From Candidatus Krumholzibacteriia bacterium (GTDB lineage Bacteria; Krumholzibacteriota; Krumholzibacteriia; LZORAL124-64-63): a DNA stretch of 64,000 nt. The position numbers were made by a program, and so were the translations under genes. Where the stretch lies: positions 160,001 to 224,000 of the forward strand of contig JBFXKG010000001.1 in NCBI GenBank assembly GCA_050174015.1, given 5' to 3'. How positions within the stretch are numbered: position 1 is the stretch's first letter; each line of letters starts with the position of its first letter. Positions 38,335-47,994 of this stretch are shown here, piece after piece. Below the pieces are notes generated by a model. That model was not told the origin of the DNA and made no database searches. It saw nothing but the letters and a program-made list of their open reading frames with translations.

Positions 38335-39753
38335 TCAACCGCGCGGGGCATGGGCCCGCAGTTCCTCCCACGCCTCTTCCACGTGGATCCGCCGGGTTGC
38401 GGTCTGGCCGATGGCCAGACGCAGGGTGAACCTGCCGTCGAGCACGGTGTGCGTCAAGTAGATGCGGCCGGCCGCGTTGACCGCGTCCATCAGGGCCTTG
38501 TTCCCGGCGTTGAGGGCGTCCGGGTCGAGGGCGCGATCCCGGGGATTCCAGCGGAAACACACCGTGTTCAAGGGCACGGGGGCGAGCAGTTCCCAGTCGG
38601 GATCGTCCCCGATCCAGCCTGCGAACTCGCCGGCCAGCGCGATATGGGCGGCGACCATCTCCCTCAGCTTGCGGGCCCCGAACCGGCGCAGGACGAACCA
38701 GAGCTTTAGGGCGCGGAAGCGGCGCCCGAGCTGGATGCCCCAATCCCGGTAGTTGTGGACCTCGTCGTCGCGGTCGGTCTTGAGGTAATCGGGATTGATG
38801 GTCAGGGTGCGTTCGAGATGCTCCGGGTCCTGCACGAAGAAGGCGGAGCAGTCGAAATTGGTGAACAGCCACTTGTGGGGGTTGAAGACCAGGGAATCGG
38901 CGTGCTCGACGCCCTCCAGGATCCAGCGCATCTGCGGGAGGATGGCCGCGGTGCCGGCCAGGGCGGCGTCCACGTGCAGCCACAGGCCGTGCCGGCGGGC
39001 GATCGGCCCCACGGCGGACAGGGGATCGATCGCGGTGGTGCTGGTGGTCCCCACGGTCGCCACCACGCAGCAGGGCTTCAGGCCCGCGGCCAGGTCGGCC
39101 GTGATCTTGCGGTCCAGGTCGCCGGGATCCATGGCCCTGGCGGCATCGACGGCGACCGGGACGAGGGCCGCCGCCCCGAACCCCGCGATCTTCGCACCCT
39201 TGACCACCGAGGAGTGGGCCTCGCCGCTGCAATAGATGCGCAGGGGGCCGGTTTCGGCGAGCCCGCGGTCGTTGGCTGCGAATCCGGTGGCCCGCTCCCT
39301 GGCGCAGAGCAGGGCGCACAGGGTCGCCGTCGAGGCGGTGTCCTGGATCACGCCCTGGAAGGATTGCGGCAACCCGACCAGGTCGCGCAACCAGACCATC
39401 ATCATCTCCTCGAGTTCGGTCGCCGCGGGGCTGGTCTGCCACAGCATGGCGTTGACGCCGAGCCCGGCGGATAGCAGTTCGCCCAGGATGGACGGGCCGC
39501 TGTTGTTGGCGGGGAAATAGGCGAAGAACCGGGGATGGTTCCAGTGCGTCACCCCCGGCAGGATCCCCTCCTGGAAATCCCTGAAGATCCGGTCCATCGG
39601 CTCGCCCTCCTCGGGCGCCCGAGGCGGGATGAGATCCCTGATCTCCCCCGGTTTGACCCCGGACATGACCGGGAAGCGGTCGGCGTGGTCGAGGTAGTCC
39701 GCGATCCAGTCGATGATCTCGTGGCCCTGCCGGCGGAATTCCTTGCTGTCCAT
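38335..39753 (-). CDS. PLP-dependent aromatic-L-amino-acid decarboxylase family
   Basis: MDSKEFRR.G, PGVTHWNHP.FFAYFP, SPAATELE, HVDAA, NPHKWL (PLP Lys), LGRRFRALKLW. Confidence 0.93.
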   Translation of the reverse strand: MDSKEFRRQGHEIIDWIADYLDHADRFPVMSGVKPGEIRDLIPPRAPEEGEPMDRIFRDFQEGILPGVTHWNHPRFFAYFPANNSGPSILGELLSAGLGVNAMLWQTSPAATELEEMMMVWLRDLVGLPQSFQGVIQDTASTATLCALLCARERATGFAANDRGLAETGPLRIYCSGEAHSSVVKGAKIAGFGAAALVPVAVDAARAMDPGDLDRKITADLAAGLKPCCVVATVGTTSTTAIDPLSAVGPIARRHGLWLHVDAALAGTAAILPQMRWILEGVEHADSLVFNPHKWLFTNFDCSAFFVQDPEHLERTLTINPDYLKTDRDDEVHNYRDWGIQLGRRFRALKLWFVLRRFGARKLREMVAAHIALAGEFAGWIGDDPDWELLAPVPLNTVCFRWNPRDRALDPDALNAGNKALMDAVNAAGRIYLTHTVLDGRFTLRLAIGQTATRRIHVEEAWEELRAHAPRG

Positions 39754-39820
39754 GACCTCTCCAGCGTCGGCCCCGGGAGGGCCGGCGGGAACGGGATTGG
39801 GCTCTCGCGATCCGGTCACG

Positions 39821-39851
39821 AAAAAAACCGGGCCGGCAGATGCTGGCCCGG
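39821..39851 (-). terminator. Rho-independent terminator of the MCP-like gene
   Basis: CCGGGCCAGCA / TGCCGGCCCGG stem followed by T7 on the minus strand. Confidence 0.75.
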
Positions 39852-39880
39852 AATCCCTGCTCTGTCAACCTGCGTCGACT

Positions 39881-42118
39881 CTATTTGGGCTTGGTCAGGA
39901 CGAAGACGTTGGGCTTATCCCCGGCCGGTTTTCCGATGGGGGATTCCGGCGCCGGAGCCTCGGTCTCCGGGGCCGCGGTATCCACTCGAGGTTCTTGCAC
40001 TGCGGCGGCGGGTTCGGCGCTGGTTTCTCCCGCGGGCCGGGCCACCTCGGGCATCTTCAGGTTGTAGATGTTGGGGCGCGCGGGCGCCGGCGCACCCGTT
40101 TCCGCCGCGGGAGCGGAAGCCTCGACCTCGGGGAGCGCTCCGGCAGGCGGCTTGGTCTCGCCGGGGGACTTCTTGGGCCTGTTCAGCAGGAACACGTTCC
40201 CGTTGCTGCCGGACGGGGTTTCCTTCTCCGCCGCCGGAGGGGCCGGCGTCTTCGGGGCCTCGGCAGGGGCAGGTCGCGTCGGGGCGGGAATCTCCGCCTT
40301 GGCGGCAGGTTGCTGGGCCTGGGGTTGGGCGGCCGGCTTGGCGGCGGCCTTGGGTTTTCCCAGGATGAAGACGTTGGCGTTGCTCCCTGCCGTCTTGACC
40401 TCGGGCTCGGCCGGGGACTGGGAGGCCTCGGCGATGGCGTTGGTCGTCTCCTCGGCCAATTCCTCCAGGGAGGGTTCGGGTTGGGTGGGTTCATCATCAC
40501 CCAAGGAGAAGGCCGGCTTCCGCACCGGGGGCGCGGGGGAGGGTTCCGGTTCGGGGGCACTGGGGACTTCCGCAGCGGGGGCCGGGGCGTCGGATCCGAT
40601 GGGATCCGGTTCGGGTTCGGGATCGGCGGCCTGGATGGGCTGCCGGAACGGGTCGGGTGCGCCAACCGGTGGTTCGGCGACCTGAGGCTCCGCGGGAGCA
40701 GGCGCGGCCCTGGGGGGTTCGGGCCGGAGCGCGGCCGATGGGGCCGGCGGGGCTCCGGGAATCACCCGGGGCGGGGGGGAGATCATCAGTTCGCCCAGGT
40801 GCTGGCTCACCTTGTTGATGGCGCTGATGTTCTTGATTATTTGGCCGATGGCCTCCTCGTATTGCCGGGCGGTCTGGAGGATATCCGAGACGGTGGCCTC
40901 GATCTCCTCGGTGGCTTGCGAGGTCTGGCGCGACAGGCCCTTGACCTCGGAGGCCACCACGGAGGTGAAGGCGGCCCCGGTCTGGCCGGTCACCACGGCC
41001 TCCGCGTCGATCTGGCCGGCCACGTGCCTGGTCTTCGTGGCCAGCTGGGTCACGCGGGCCACGACCCGGCTCATCTCCCTGGCGGACTCCACCAGTTCGG
41101 AGGCTGCGTCGGCTGTGAAGCTCGCCGCGTTGTTGGCTCCGCGGACGATCTTGTAGCCTTCGGCCGTGTCCTGGGCCATCTCGTTCAGGGAGTAGAGCAT
41201 CCCCTGGAGGGCATGGCCGACCGAATCGATGGCCAGTCGCATCTTGTCGGTGCTGCTGGCGATGGTGCTCATGTCCACGGACATCTGGTCCACCGAGGCG
41301 CTGACCGAATCGAAGTCCACCGGGGCGGCGAAGTGGGTTTCGGGCTTCTTCCGGTTTTCGGCCGCCCGCCGCTCCTCCCGCGACCGGGTCGGCGAACCTG
41401 GAGGCGTCAGGGATGCGGCCAGGGCCCCGGCGACCTTGCGCGGGGATTCATCAGGATCCTTCGTCGAGCAGTCGGCGGCAGGCGCGGCGGCCTTGCGGAC
41501 GTCCCGGATCCGCAGCCACACCAGGGCGCCCAGGATGAGGACGGCGAAGCCGGCTCCGAAACCGGCGGCCCTGGCCATGGCCCGGCGGGTCGCGGCGCCG
41601 TCCCGCAGGGCGTTGGCGGTCATGCCCATCTGCTGCATCAGCAGGATGTTGTTGTCGGCGAGTTCCTGCACCGCGTTGCGGCCGGCGGCGCTGAAGACGG
41701 AGAATTCACCGGCGGCCAGATCGGCCAGGGGGGTTCCGGTGGCGCGCCAGAGTTCCGCAGCCTCTTCGAGGGCGGCGCGGGCGGCGCGGTTTCCGGTGCG
41801 GGCCACGGCCAGCTGGGCGCCGTCGGGCCCGTTGATGAGGCCGCCCTGCAGCAGGGCCGCCAGGTTCTGATCGAACTGGAGAACGGTCCGGCCGACCTCC
41901 CGGCGGGCCTGGGCCACGGTCTCGAATTCGTCGGCTGCGGCCAGGGCGTCCACCTGGCGACTCAGATCCTGGATGATCATCTGCTGGCGCTGGGCCAGGT
42001 CGATCTGGGTGACGGTATCCTGCTCGTATCGTCCCTGGCTGAAGGCGATGACGAGGGAGGCCGTCAATACGATGGCGACCGCGCCCTGGGCCAGGTTCAA
42101 GATCTGCCGCGTGGACAT
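39881..42118 (-). CDS. Degenerate methyl-accepting chemotaxis-like protein with NarX/PilJ-like sensor and Pro/Ala-rich tail
   Basis: Two TMs; IDLAQRQQMIIQ (P-box-like); heptad coiled coil with VVASEVKGLSRQTSQATEEI; long low-complexity tail. Confidence 0.75.
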   Translation of the reverse strand: MSTRQILNLAQGAVAIVLTASLVIAFSQGRYEQDTVTQIDLAQRQQMIIQDLSRQVDALAAADEFETVAQARREVGRTVLQFDQNLAALLQGGLINGPDGAQLAVARTGNRAARAALEEAAELWRATGTPLADLAAGEFSVFSAAGRNAVQELADNNILLMQQMGMTANALRDGAATRRAMARAAGFGAGFAVLILGALVWLRIRDVRKAAAPAADCSTKDPDESPRKVAGALAASLTPPGSPTRSREERRAAENRKKPETHFAAPVDFDSVSASVDQMSVDMSTIASSTDKMRLAIDSVGHALQGMLYSLNEMAQDTAEGYKIVRGANNAASFTADAASELVESAREMSRVVARVTQLATKTRHVAGQIDAEAVVTGQTGAAFTSVVASEVKGLSRQTSQATEEIEATVSDILQTARQYEEAIGQIIKNISAINKVSQHLGELMISPPPRVIPGAPPAPSAALRPEPPRAAPAPAEPQVAEPPVGAPDPFRQPIQAADPEPEPDPIGSDAPAPAAEVPSAPEPEPSPAPPVRKPAFSLGDDEPTQPEPSLEELAEETTNAIAEASQSPAEPEVKTAGSNANVFILGKPKAAAKPAAQPQAQQPAAKAEIPAPTRPAPAEAPKTPAPPAAEKETPSGSNGNVFLLNRPKKSPGETKPPAGALPEVEASAPAAETGAPAPARPNIYNLKMPEVARPAGETSAEPAAAVQEPRVDTAAPETEAPAPESPIGKPAGDKPNVFVLTKPK

Positions 42119-42281
42119 GCAATTCCTCCGTGAATGCAGGCTGGATGGCGGGCGGAAACCCGGAACTCCACGTTCCAGATCGGCAGATCTCATCAGGGGT
42201 TAACAAAAAACCCGGGGCAGAACTCCCAGCCGGATGTTATCTTTCGCCCCCGAACCCCGACCATCCACAAGGAGATGTCCC

Positions 42282-44204
42282 ATGCGATCAGGTACCGTTC
42301 ATTCCCTGTCCGTGCTGATCCTGGCCCTGTCGATCGCCCTCGTCGGATGCGCCTCGAATCCCGCGCCGGAGGCCCCGCCCGCTCCGCCCGCTCCCGAGGC
42401 GCCCGCGAAGATCGCCATCGCGAACCTGGCCGACCTGCCGTCCCACAGCTACCCGCTGACCGGCACGGTGATGGAACTGCTGCAGGATCCCGGCACGATG
42501 GCCGAACTGCGGGCCGCGGTGCGCCGCGACGTCGAATCGGACCTGGCGACCTACGACATCACGGACGAGGCCACCCTTCAGGGGAAGTACAGCAGTCTCG
42601 TCACCCTGAACATGCTGGACGGGAACGACCAGGGAACCCTGGAATACCTCGACAAGGTCGCCGCCCTGGAGGACAAGGAGGCGGCCCGCCTGATGAACGG
42701 CCTCACGGCGAGGTCCATGATCGACGCCAAGGCCGCCGCGGGTACCGCCGACGTCAACGATCCGGCCTTCCGGGATGCCTTCCGCGCCGCCCTCGCCGGC
42801 CGGGTGAACTCCCTTCCCTGGGACGTGGTGCAGGATGCGGCCAAGAACAACAAGGGCCGCGCGGAGTTCATGAACGAGAACCTGCTGCTGGGCGTGGTGC
42901 AGGCCCAGATCGAGCCCGCAGCGGCCGCCATGGGCGAGCTGAGCGCCGATCTGGCGGGTTCGGTCATCGGCATCCGCTTCGCGCTGGACCAGGTGTTGCC
43001 CCTGAACCCGGTGATCGCCGAGGTCTACGCCGACTACATCGAGAAGAACGACAAGGTCAAGGCCGACATCTGGCCGGACCGAGACGTGACCCTGGATTCC
43101 GGCCGCGGCCTCGCGCCCGTGGTGGTGGGGATCTGGGATTCGGGCGTGGACACCGCGGTGTACGGCGACGCCATGTTCACCAACCCCGGCGAGACCGTCG
43201 ACGGCAAGGACAATGACGGCAACGGCTTCATCGACGACGTCCACGGCATCGCCTTCGACCTCGACGGCGTGGCCAACCCCCACATGCTGCATCCTCTGGG
43301 CGACCAGGAGGGCAAGCTGGACGTCATGTTCGAGTCCATGCAGGGCTTCCAGGACATGACCTCGGCGATCGACAGTCCCGAGGCCACGGCGACGCGAGCC
43401 AAGCTTGGTGAGATGGCTCCCGAGCAGATGGGCGACTTCCTGACGACCCTGAGCTTCGGCGGCCTCTACAGCCACGGGACGCACGTGGCGGGCATCGCCA
43501 CCGCCGGCAATCCCTTCGCGAAGATCCTGATCGCCCGGATCACCTTCGACTACCACAACACCCCCCAGGCCATGACCGTCGAGACGGCCAGGCGTCTGGC
43601 CGAGGACTACCGCAACACGACGCAGTACTTCGCCGACCACGGCGTGCGCATCGTGAACATGAGCTGGGGCTGGACCTTCAAGGAGATCGAGGGCGGGCTG
43701 GAGGCCAACGGCGTCGGCAAGGACGCCGAAGAGCGCGCCGCCATGGCCCGCGAGATGATCGGCATCCTCAGCGACGGCCTGCGGGAGGCCATGGCCGCCA
43801 CGCCGCAGATCCTGTACGTCGCCGCGGCCGGGAACGAGGACAACGACGTCGAGTTCGACGTGGTGATCCCCAGCAGCTTCGACCTGCCGAACCTGATGGT
43901 GGTCGGGGCGGTGGATCAGGCCGGCGACCCCACCAGCTTCACCAGCGGCGGCCGCAACGTGAAGGTCTACGCCAACGGCTTCCAGGTGGAGAGCTTCGTG
44001 CCCGGCGGCAAGACCATGAAGATGTCGGGCACCTCGATGGCCTCGCCCAACGCCTGCAACCTGGGCGCCAAGCTGTTCACGCTGGATCCCTCGCTGACGC
44101 CGGAGAAGGTCAAGGCGCTCATGGAGCAGGGCGCCGACCCGCACCCTGAGCACCCGGAGATCCTGCTGATCAATCCGAAGAAAACGGTGGAGGTGCTGGG
44201 GTAG
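42282..44204 (+). CDS. Subtilisin-like S8 serine protease lipoprotein
   Basis: LVGC lipobox; WDSGVD, HGTHVAGI, AAAGNE, SGTSMASP; DNDGNGFIDDVHG loop. Confidence 0.93.
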   Translation: MRSGTVHSLSVLILALSIALVGCASNPAPEAPPAPPAPEAPAKIAIANLADLPSHSYPLTGTVMELLQDPGTMAELRAAVRRDVESDLATYDITDEATLQGKYSSLVTLNMLDGNDQGTLEYLDKVAALEDKEAARLMNGLTARSMIDAKAAAGTADVNDPAFRDAFRAALAGRVNSLPWDVVQDAAKNNKGRAEFMNENLLLGVVQAQIEPAAAAMGELSADLAGSVIGIRFALDQVLPLNPVIAEVYADYIEKNDKVKADIWPDRDVTLDSGRGLAPVVVGIWDSGVDTAVYGDAMFTNPGETVDGKDNDGNGFIDDVHGIAFDLDGVANPHMLHPLGDQEGKLDVMFESMQGFQDMTSAIDSPEATATRAKLGEMAPEQMGDFLTTLSFGGLYSHGTHVAGIATAGNPFAKILIARITFDYHNTPQAMTVETARRLAEDYRNTTQYFADHGVRIVNMSWGWTFKEIEGGLEANGVGKDAEERAAMAREMIGILSDGLREAMAATPQILYVAAAGNEDNDVEFDVVIPSSFDLPNLMVVGAVDQAGDPTSFTSGGRNVKVYANGFQVESFVPGGKTMKMSGTSMASPNACNLGAKLFTLDPSLTPEKVKALMEQGADPHPEHPEILLINPKKTVEVLG

Positions 44205-44246
44205 GGAGGCCGGCCGGCCGGCCGGTCGAATCGTGAGGATGGGAAA

Positions 44247-44280
44247 CGGGGCACCCGCGGCGGCGGGTGCCCCGCTGTTT
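44247..44280 (+). terminator. Terminator after the S8 gene
   Basis: CGGGGCACCCGC-GGCG-GCGGGTGCCCCG followed by CTGTTT. Confidence 0.65.
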
Positions 44281-44611
44281 GGGGTTATTTCCAGGGTTTT
44301 CCCCAGAATCAAAGGCCGTTTTGGTCTTTAACCCCAGTCATTTGCCGCCGGCTAAAATTTTCATGACCTTTTCAAAAAAACACTCCCAAAACATTTTCAA
44401 TGGGATGACATCGGTCCCGGCCCGCCGACTACTCCCGGCCCCTTCGGGGGTTGGTGCGCCCAACGTCGAAATGGCGGAAACCCGGTCCTCATTGAGGATC
44501 TTTTGCCTCTTGCCCCGTCAGCCAGGTGAAGAAACCATTGATTTTGATTTATTATGCCACAAGGGGGTTCAAATGAACCATTCCACTGCTGTCCAAAACC
44601 TAAAACCCCTA

Positions 44612-44810
44612 AGACATCTGCTCCCATGGCGGACCACCGGGCGGGGTCTGGGACGGGTCGTTCACCCATTCCCACCAATCCCGGTAGCCAACATGTGGTT
44701 GGAACCCTGAAACTAAGACCCATGGCCGGCGGACTGCACAGTCGGTACTCAAGGGACGTGGCCTGACGGAGAACCCTCGGCTGTCGGCGCCTGAGAAGCA
44801 GGATCGATCT
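44612..44810 (-). ncRNA. Candidate ~200-nt structured ncRNA (rod-like, possibly 6S-like)
   Basis: Ends pair over a long irregular stem with G-U pairs favouring the minus strand; internal hairpins; lies in a 790-bp gap with no credible CDS. Confidence 0.4.
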
Positions 44811-44993
44811 ATTCAATAACTCCCAAACAGCACTGAAAACCGGGATTGAAGGCCGAATTCAGGGATATAGGCCCCCCGGGGGGCGGTTTTGGATGCCATT
44901 ATCAAAAAGCCGGAAGGCGACCGAGCCAAGATTACAGCCTTTTCGGCCCGGATGGGGTTTTGATTTGGGACAGGGGACCCAGCGGGGGCAGAA

Positions 44994-45800
44994 TCATCGC
45001 GATACTACCAGTCGGACCACCACCGCCAGCAGGAGGACGGCGAAGATCCGCCGGAACATCAGCGATCGCGTGCGCCGGTTGACCCACGCGCCGAGCTGGG
45101 CCCCGGGAATGGCGGTCAAGGCGAGCAATCCGGCCACAGGAAGGCCGCCGTACCCGGTGAAGCCCGGGCCCAGGGGGGACGGTGGCGACGCCGTCAGGTA
45201 CCCCAGGGCCGCGGCCAGGGCGCTCCACAGGATCACGGCCGACGAGGTGCCTGCCAGCCAGCCGGAATGCACGCCCAGAAGCAAGGCCAGAGCCGGAACC
45301 AGCACGATGCCCCCGGCCAATCCGCTCAGGCCCGCCACCATGCCCACCAGGATCCCGACCAGCAGGCCCTTCCACCACGCGACGGGGGTGGCGGGGCGAG
45401 CCTTGACCTCGTTCTCGGTGAGCATGCGGATCGCCGCCAGGGTCATCAATCCGGCCAGGACCAGTTGCAGGGCCCGGCCGGGAAGCCGGGTCGCCAGCCG
45501 GGCGGCCGCCCAGCCCCCGGCCATGCTGCCGGGAATCAGGGAGGGGACCAGCCGCCACAGGATCCGCTTCTGGCGGTGGTGGCGCACGATGGCCGAGGCC
45601 GTGGCGAACACCGCGACGCAGAGGCTGGTGGCCATGGCGGCCTGGACGACCGAGTCGGCGGGAAGTCCCCAGCGCCGGAAGACCTCCAGCAGGACGGGCA
45701 CCATCACCACCCCGCCCCCGATGCCCACGAATCCGGCCACGAATCCCGCCACCAGGCCCAGAAGGAGGATCATCAGCACCAGGGGGGCCGACCAGTCCAT
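44994..45800 (-). CDS. TauE/SafE sulfite exporter family membrane protein
   Basis: GFVGIGGGVVMVP, ATSL, GLSGLAGGIVLVP, GTSS; start MDWSAPL overlaps the upstream stop. Confidence 0.88.
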   Translation of the reverse strand: MDWSAPLVLMILLLGLVAGFVAGFVGIGGGVVMVPVLLEVFRRWGLPADSVVQAAMATSLCVAVFATASAIVRHHRQKRILWRLVPSLIPGSMAGGWAAARLATRLPGRALQLVLAGLMTLAAIRMLTENEVKARPATPVAWWKGLLVGILVGMVAGLSGLAGGIVLVPALALLLGVHSGWLAGTSSAVILWSALAAALGYLTASPPSPLGPGFTGYGGLPVAGLLALTAIPGAQLGAWVNRRTRSLMFRRIFAVLLLAVVVRLVVSR

Positions 45801-46699
45801 CAGGACTCCCTCCCCGGCCGCGTGGGCAGACCCGCCCGGTGAACGAGCCAGGCCGCGCCGACGATCATCACCCCGCCCAGGATGCTCCAGGCATCGGGCC
45901 TCTCCCCGAACAGGATCAGACCCGCCACCACAGCGAAGATGACGTGCAGGTAGGTGAAGATCGAGATGCGGGAGGCGGGAGCGTGGTGATAGGCGAACGT
46001 CAATCCGTACTGGCCGCCGGCCGCGAACACGCCGGTCCCCGCCAGCGCCAGCCACTGGGCAATCGGCACGTGAGGTGGATCGAGGATGACGAACGGCAGG
46101 GTGGCCCCGCAGCTGACCAGCGAGAAGTAGAAGATGATGCGGTTGGGATCGGCCCGGCCCTTGAGGGAGCGGACCAGCACGTAGGCCGTCCCTGCGAATC
46201 CTCCCGAGGCCAGGCCCGCCAGGGCGGGCAGCATCTGGTAGTCGAAGCTGGGCTTGATCACGAGGATCGCCCCGGAGAAGGCGATCACCAGGGCGGGCAG
46301 GATCCCCTTGTGGAAGGGCTCCTTGAGGATCACCACCGCCAGGACGGCCACGAAGAAGGGCGAGGTCTTGTTCAGCAGGGAGGCGTCGGCCAGCTTGAGA
46401 CCGCCCAGGGCGACGAAGTAGAAGTACACGCCGCCCAGTCCGCACAAGGCCCGCAGCAGGAGGATTCTCAGGTAGGGAGTGGGACCGAAGGGGTTGCATC
46501 GGGAGCGCAAGGCCACCGAGGAGGTGATGCCCAGGGTCACCAGGTTGCGGAAGAAGACCTTGCTCGTCACCGGGGCGTCGGCCGCGAGCTTCACCATGGC
46601 GCCCATGAGCGCGAAGCTCAGGCCCGAAAACACCATGAAGGCCATGGCGCGGGTCAGGCTGTCGGGGCGGGAATCCGGGACGACCTCAGGGGAACCCAT
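45800..46699 (-). CDS. EamA/DMT family transporter
   Basis: Two EamA halves: FFRN, LADASLLNKTSPFF, LKE; GQYGLT.AY, GLILFGE.P. Confidence 0.9.
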   Translation of the reverse strand: MGSPEVVPDSRPDSLTRAMAFMVFSGLSFALMGAMVKLAADAPVTSKVFFRNLVTLGITSSVALRSRCNPFGPTPYLRILLLRALCGLGGVYFYFVALGGLKLADASLLNKTSPFFVAVLAVVILKEPFHKGILPALVIAFSGAILVIKPSFDYQMLPALAGLASGGFAGTAYVLVRSLKGRADPNRIIFYFSLVSCGATLPFVILDPPHVPIAQWLALAGTGVFAAGGQYGLTFAYHHAPASRISIFTYLHVIFAVVAGLILFGERPDAWSILGGVMIVGAAWLVHRAGLPTRPGRES

Positions 46700-47373
46700 C
46701 AGGACGACGAGGGCCGAGGAGCGGGGTCGGGAAGCATCCGCCCCGCCTCCTGCGCGAACCTGAGGATGTGGTCGCTCCAGTGGGAGGCCGCCCGCGCCGA
46801 CTGGCCGGTCCGGACCAGGTCGTACATCTCGTCGAACGACGCCATCAGGGCCTCGGGCAGGAATCCCGCCCTCAGGGCGGTGAACCAGTACCGCCGGGAC
46901 AGGGCCTCCAGCCGCTGGACGTCCTGCCTCAGGATGGCGTTGGGGCAGGACTCGACCAGCAGCAGCCCCCAGCGGAACACCAGCTCCATCAGGGCGGTAG
47001 CCTGGTCGGGCCCCGGCCGCAATACATGCATCTTACTGCGGTTCAAGAGGTTGTTCAATTCCATGATCCGCTGGCCGGGTAGGGGCATGACCGAGGACAG
47101 GGCCAGGGGGGCCAGCCGGGCCAGGACCTCCTGAAGGCCGGCGAACTCCCTGCGGGTCAAGGCGGGGACCACGAAGCCCTTGCCCATGTCGCTCAGCAGG
47201 AATCCGCCCGCCTCGAGGTGCAACATGGCCTCGCGCAAGGGAGTGCGGCTGATCCCCAGGTCGGCCGAAAGGTGGGTTTCATTGATGCGTATGCCGGCCG
47301 GAAGGCGTCCATCGGACAGCCGGGCCAGGATCTCCCGCTGGACGGCCTGCCTCAGGGGTTGGCGTTCGAACAT
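46699..47373 (-). CDS. GntR (FadR/FCD) family regulator
   Basis: LPAGIRINET.LS.DLGISRTPLREA..LE..GFL winged HTH; FCD-like C-domain. Confidence 0.88.
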   Translation of the reverse strand: MFERQPLRQAVQREILARLSDGRLPAGIRINETHLSADLGISRTPLREAMLHLEAGGFLLSDMGKGFVVPALTRREFAGLQEVLARLAPLALSSVMPLPGQRIMELNNLLNRSKMHVLRPGPDQATALMELVFRWGLLLVESCPNAILRQDVQRLEALSRRYWFTALRAGFLPEALMASFDEMYDLVRTGQSARAASHWSDHILRFAQEAGRMLPDPAPRPSSS

Positions 47374-47492
47374 GGTCCCATCCCGGGTTGAAGGCCTTGC
47401 CGGACCGGTCCGCTCTCTCCAGACCAGCGGCGACAAGGCATTATCACACCGGTATCAGGAAATATCCAGCCCCAACCGTATACAGTTGGCCG

Positions 47493-47801
47493 TCAGGGGA
47501 CCACCACGGAGTTCTCGGCGTCGGAGAACCCGCTGGGGGCGTACCCATCCGCCTCCTGGTCGTTGGCCCAGACCTGTCCGTCGATGAGGTAGCGGAAGTT
47601 GTAGGGCTTGCCCTGTTCGAGGTCCAGCGTGACCTTGAATTCCCCGTTCTTGAGCTTCTGCATGGGGGTCGCCTTGGGGCTCCAGTCGTTGAAGTCCCCC
47701 ACCAGGGCCACCTTGCGGGCCTTGGGAGCGGCGTCGGAGGACAGGCGGAAGGTCACCTTGCTGACCGGCTTCGTCTTGAGCGGGCGTTTCTGAAGACTCA
47801 T
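47493..47801 (-). CDS. Isoamylase early-set / CBM48 glycogen-binding protein
   Basis: KVTF.L, VALVGDFNDW, YNFRYLIDG..W.ND..AD, ENSV. Confidence 0.88.
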   Translation of the reverse strand: MSLQKRPLKTKPVSKVTFRLSSDAAPKARKVALVGDFNDWSPKATPMQKLKNGEFKVTLDLEQGKPYNFRYLIDGQVWANDQEADGYAPSGFSDAENSVVVP

Positions 47802-47994
47802 GTTCTCTCCCTCGCTTGGATTCCGGAGCCTCCAGGCCCCGAATCTGGAATCGTGTGGCCATAGGATACTCCGAACCGGCGGGGATGCAAGCGGAACGCA
47901 GTTTTTTAACAATGGGGGGTTGCACCGGGTTCCCGGAGGGCCATAATGCTCCGAGGACCACCTCGAACCGACCCCCATCCCTCGTGGAGCGGAC

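Noticed and set aside
44612..44810. Retron msr-msd
   Set aside because: Terminal inverted pairing exists but no RT gene is adjacent
44267..45082. Short ORFs in the 44.3-45.0 kb gap
   Set aside because: No SD, atypical codon usage and no recognisable motifs
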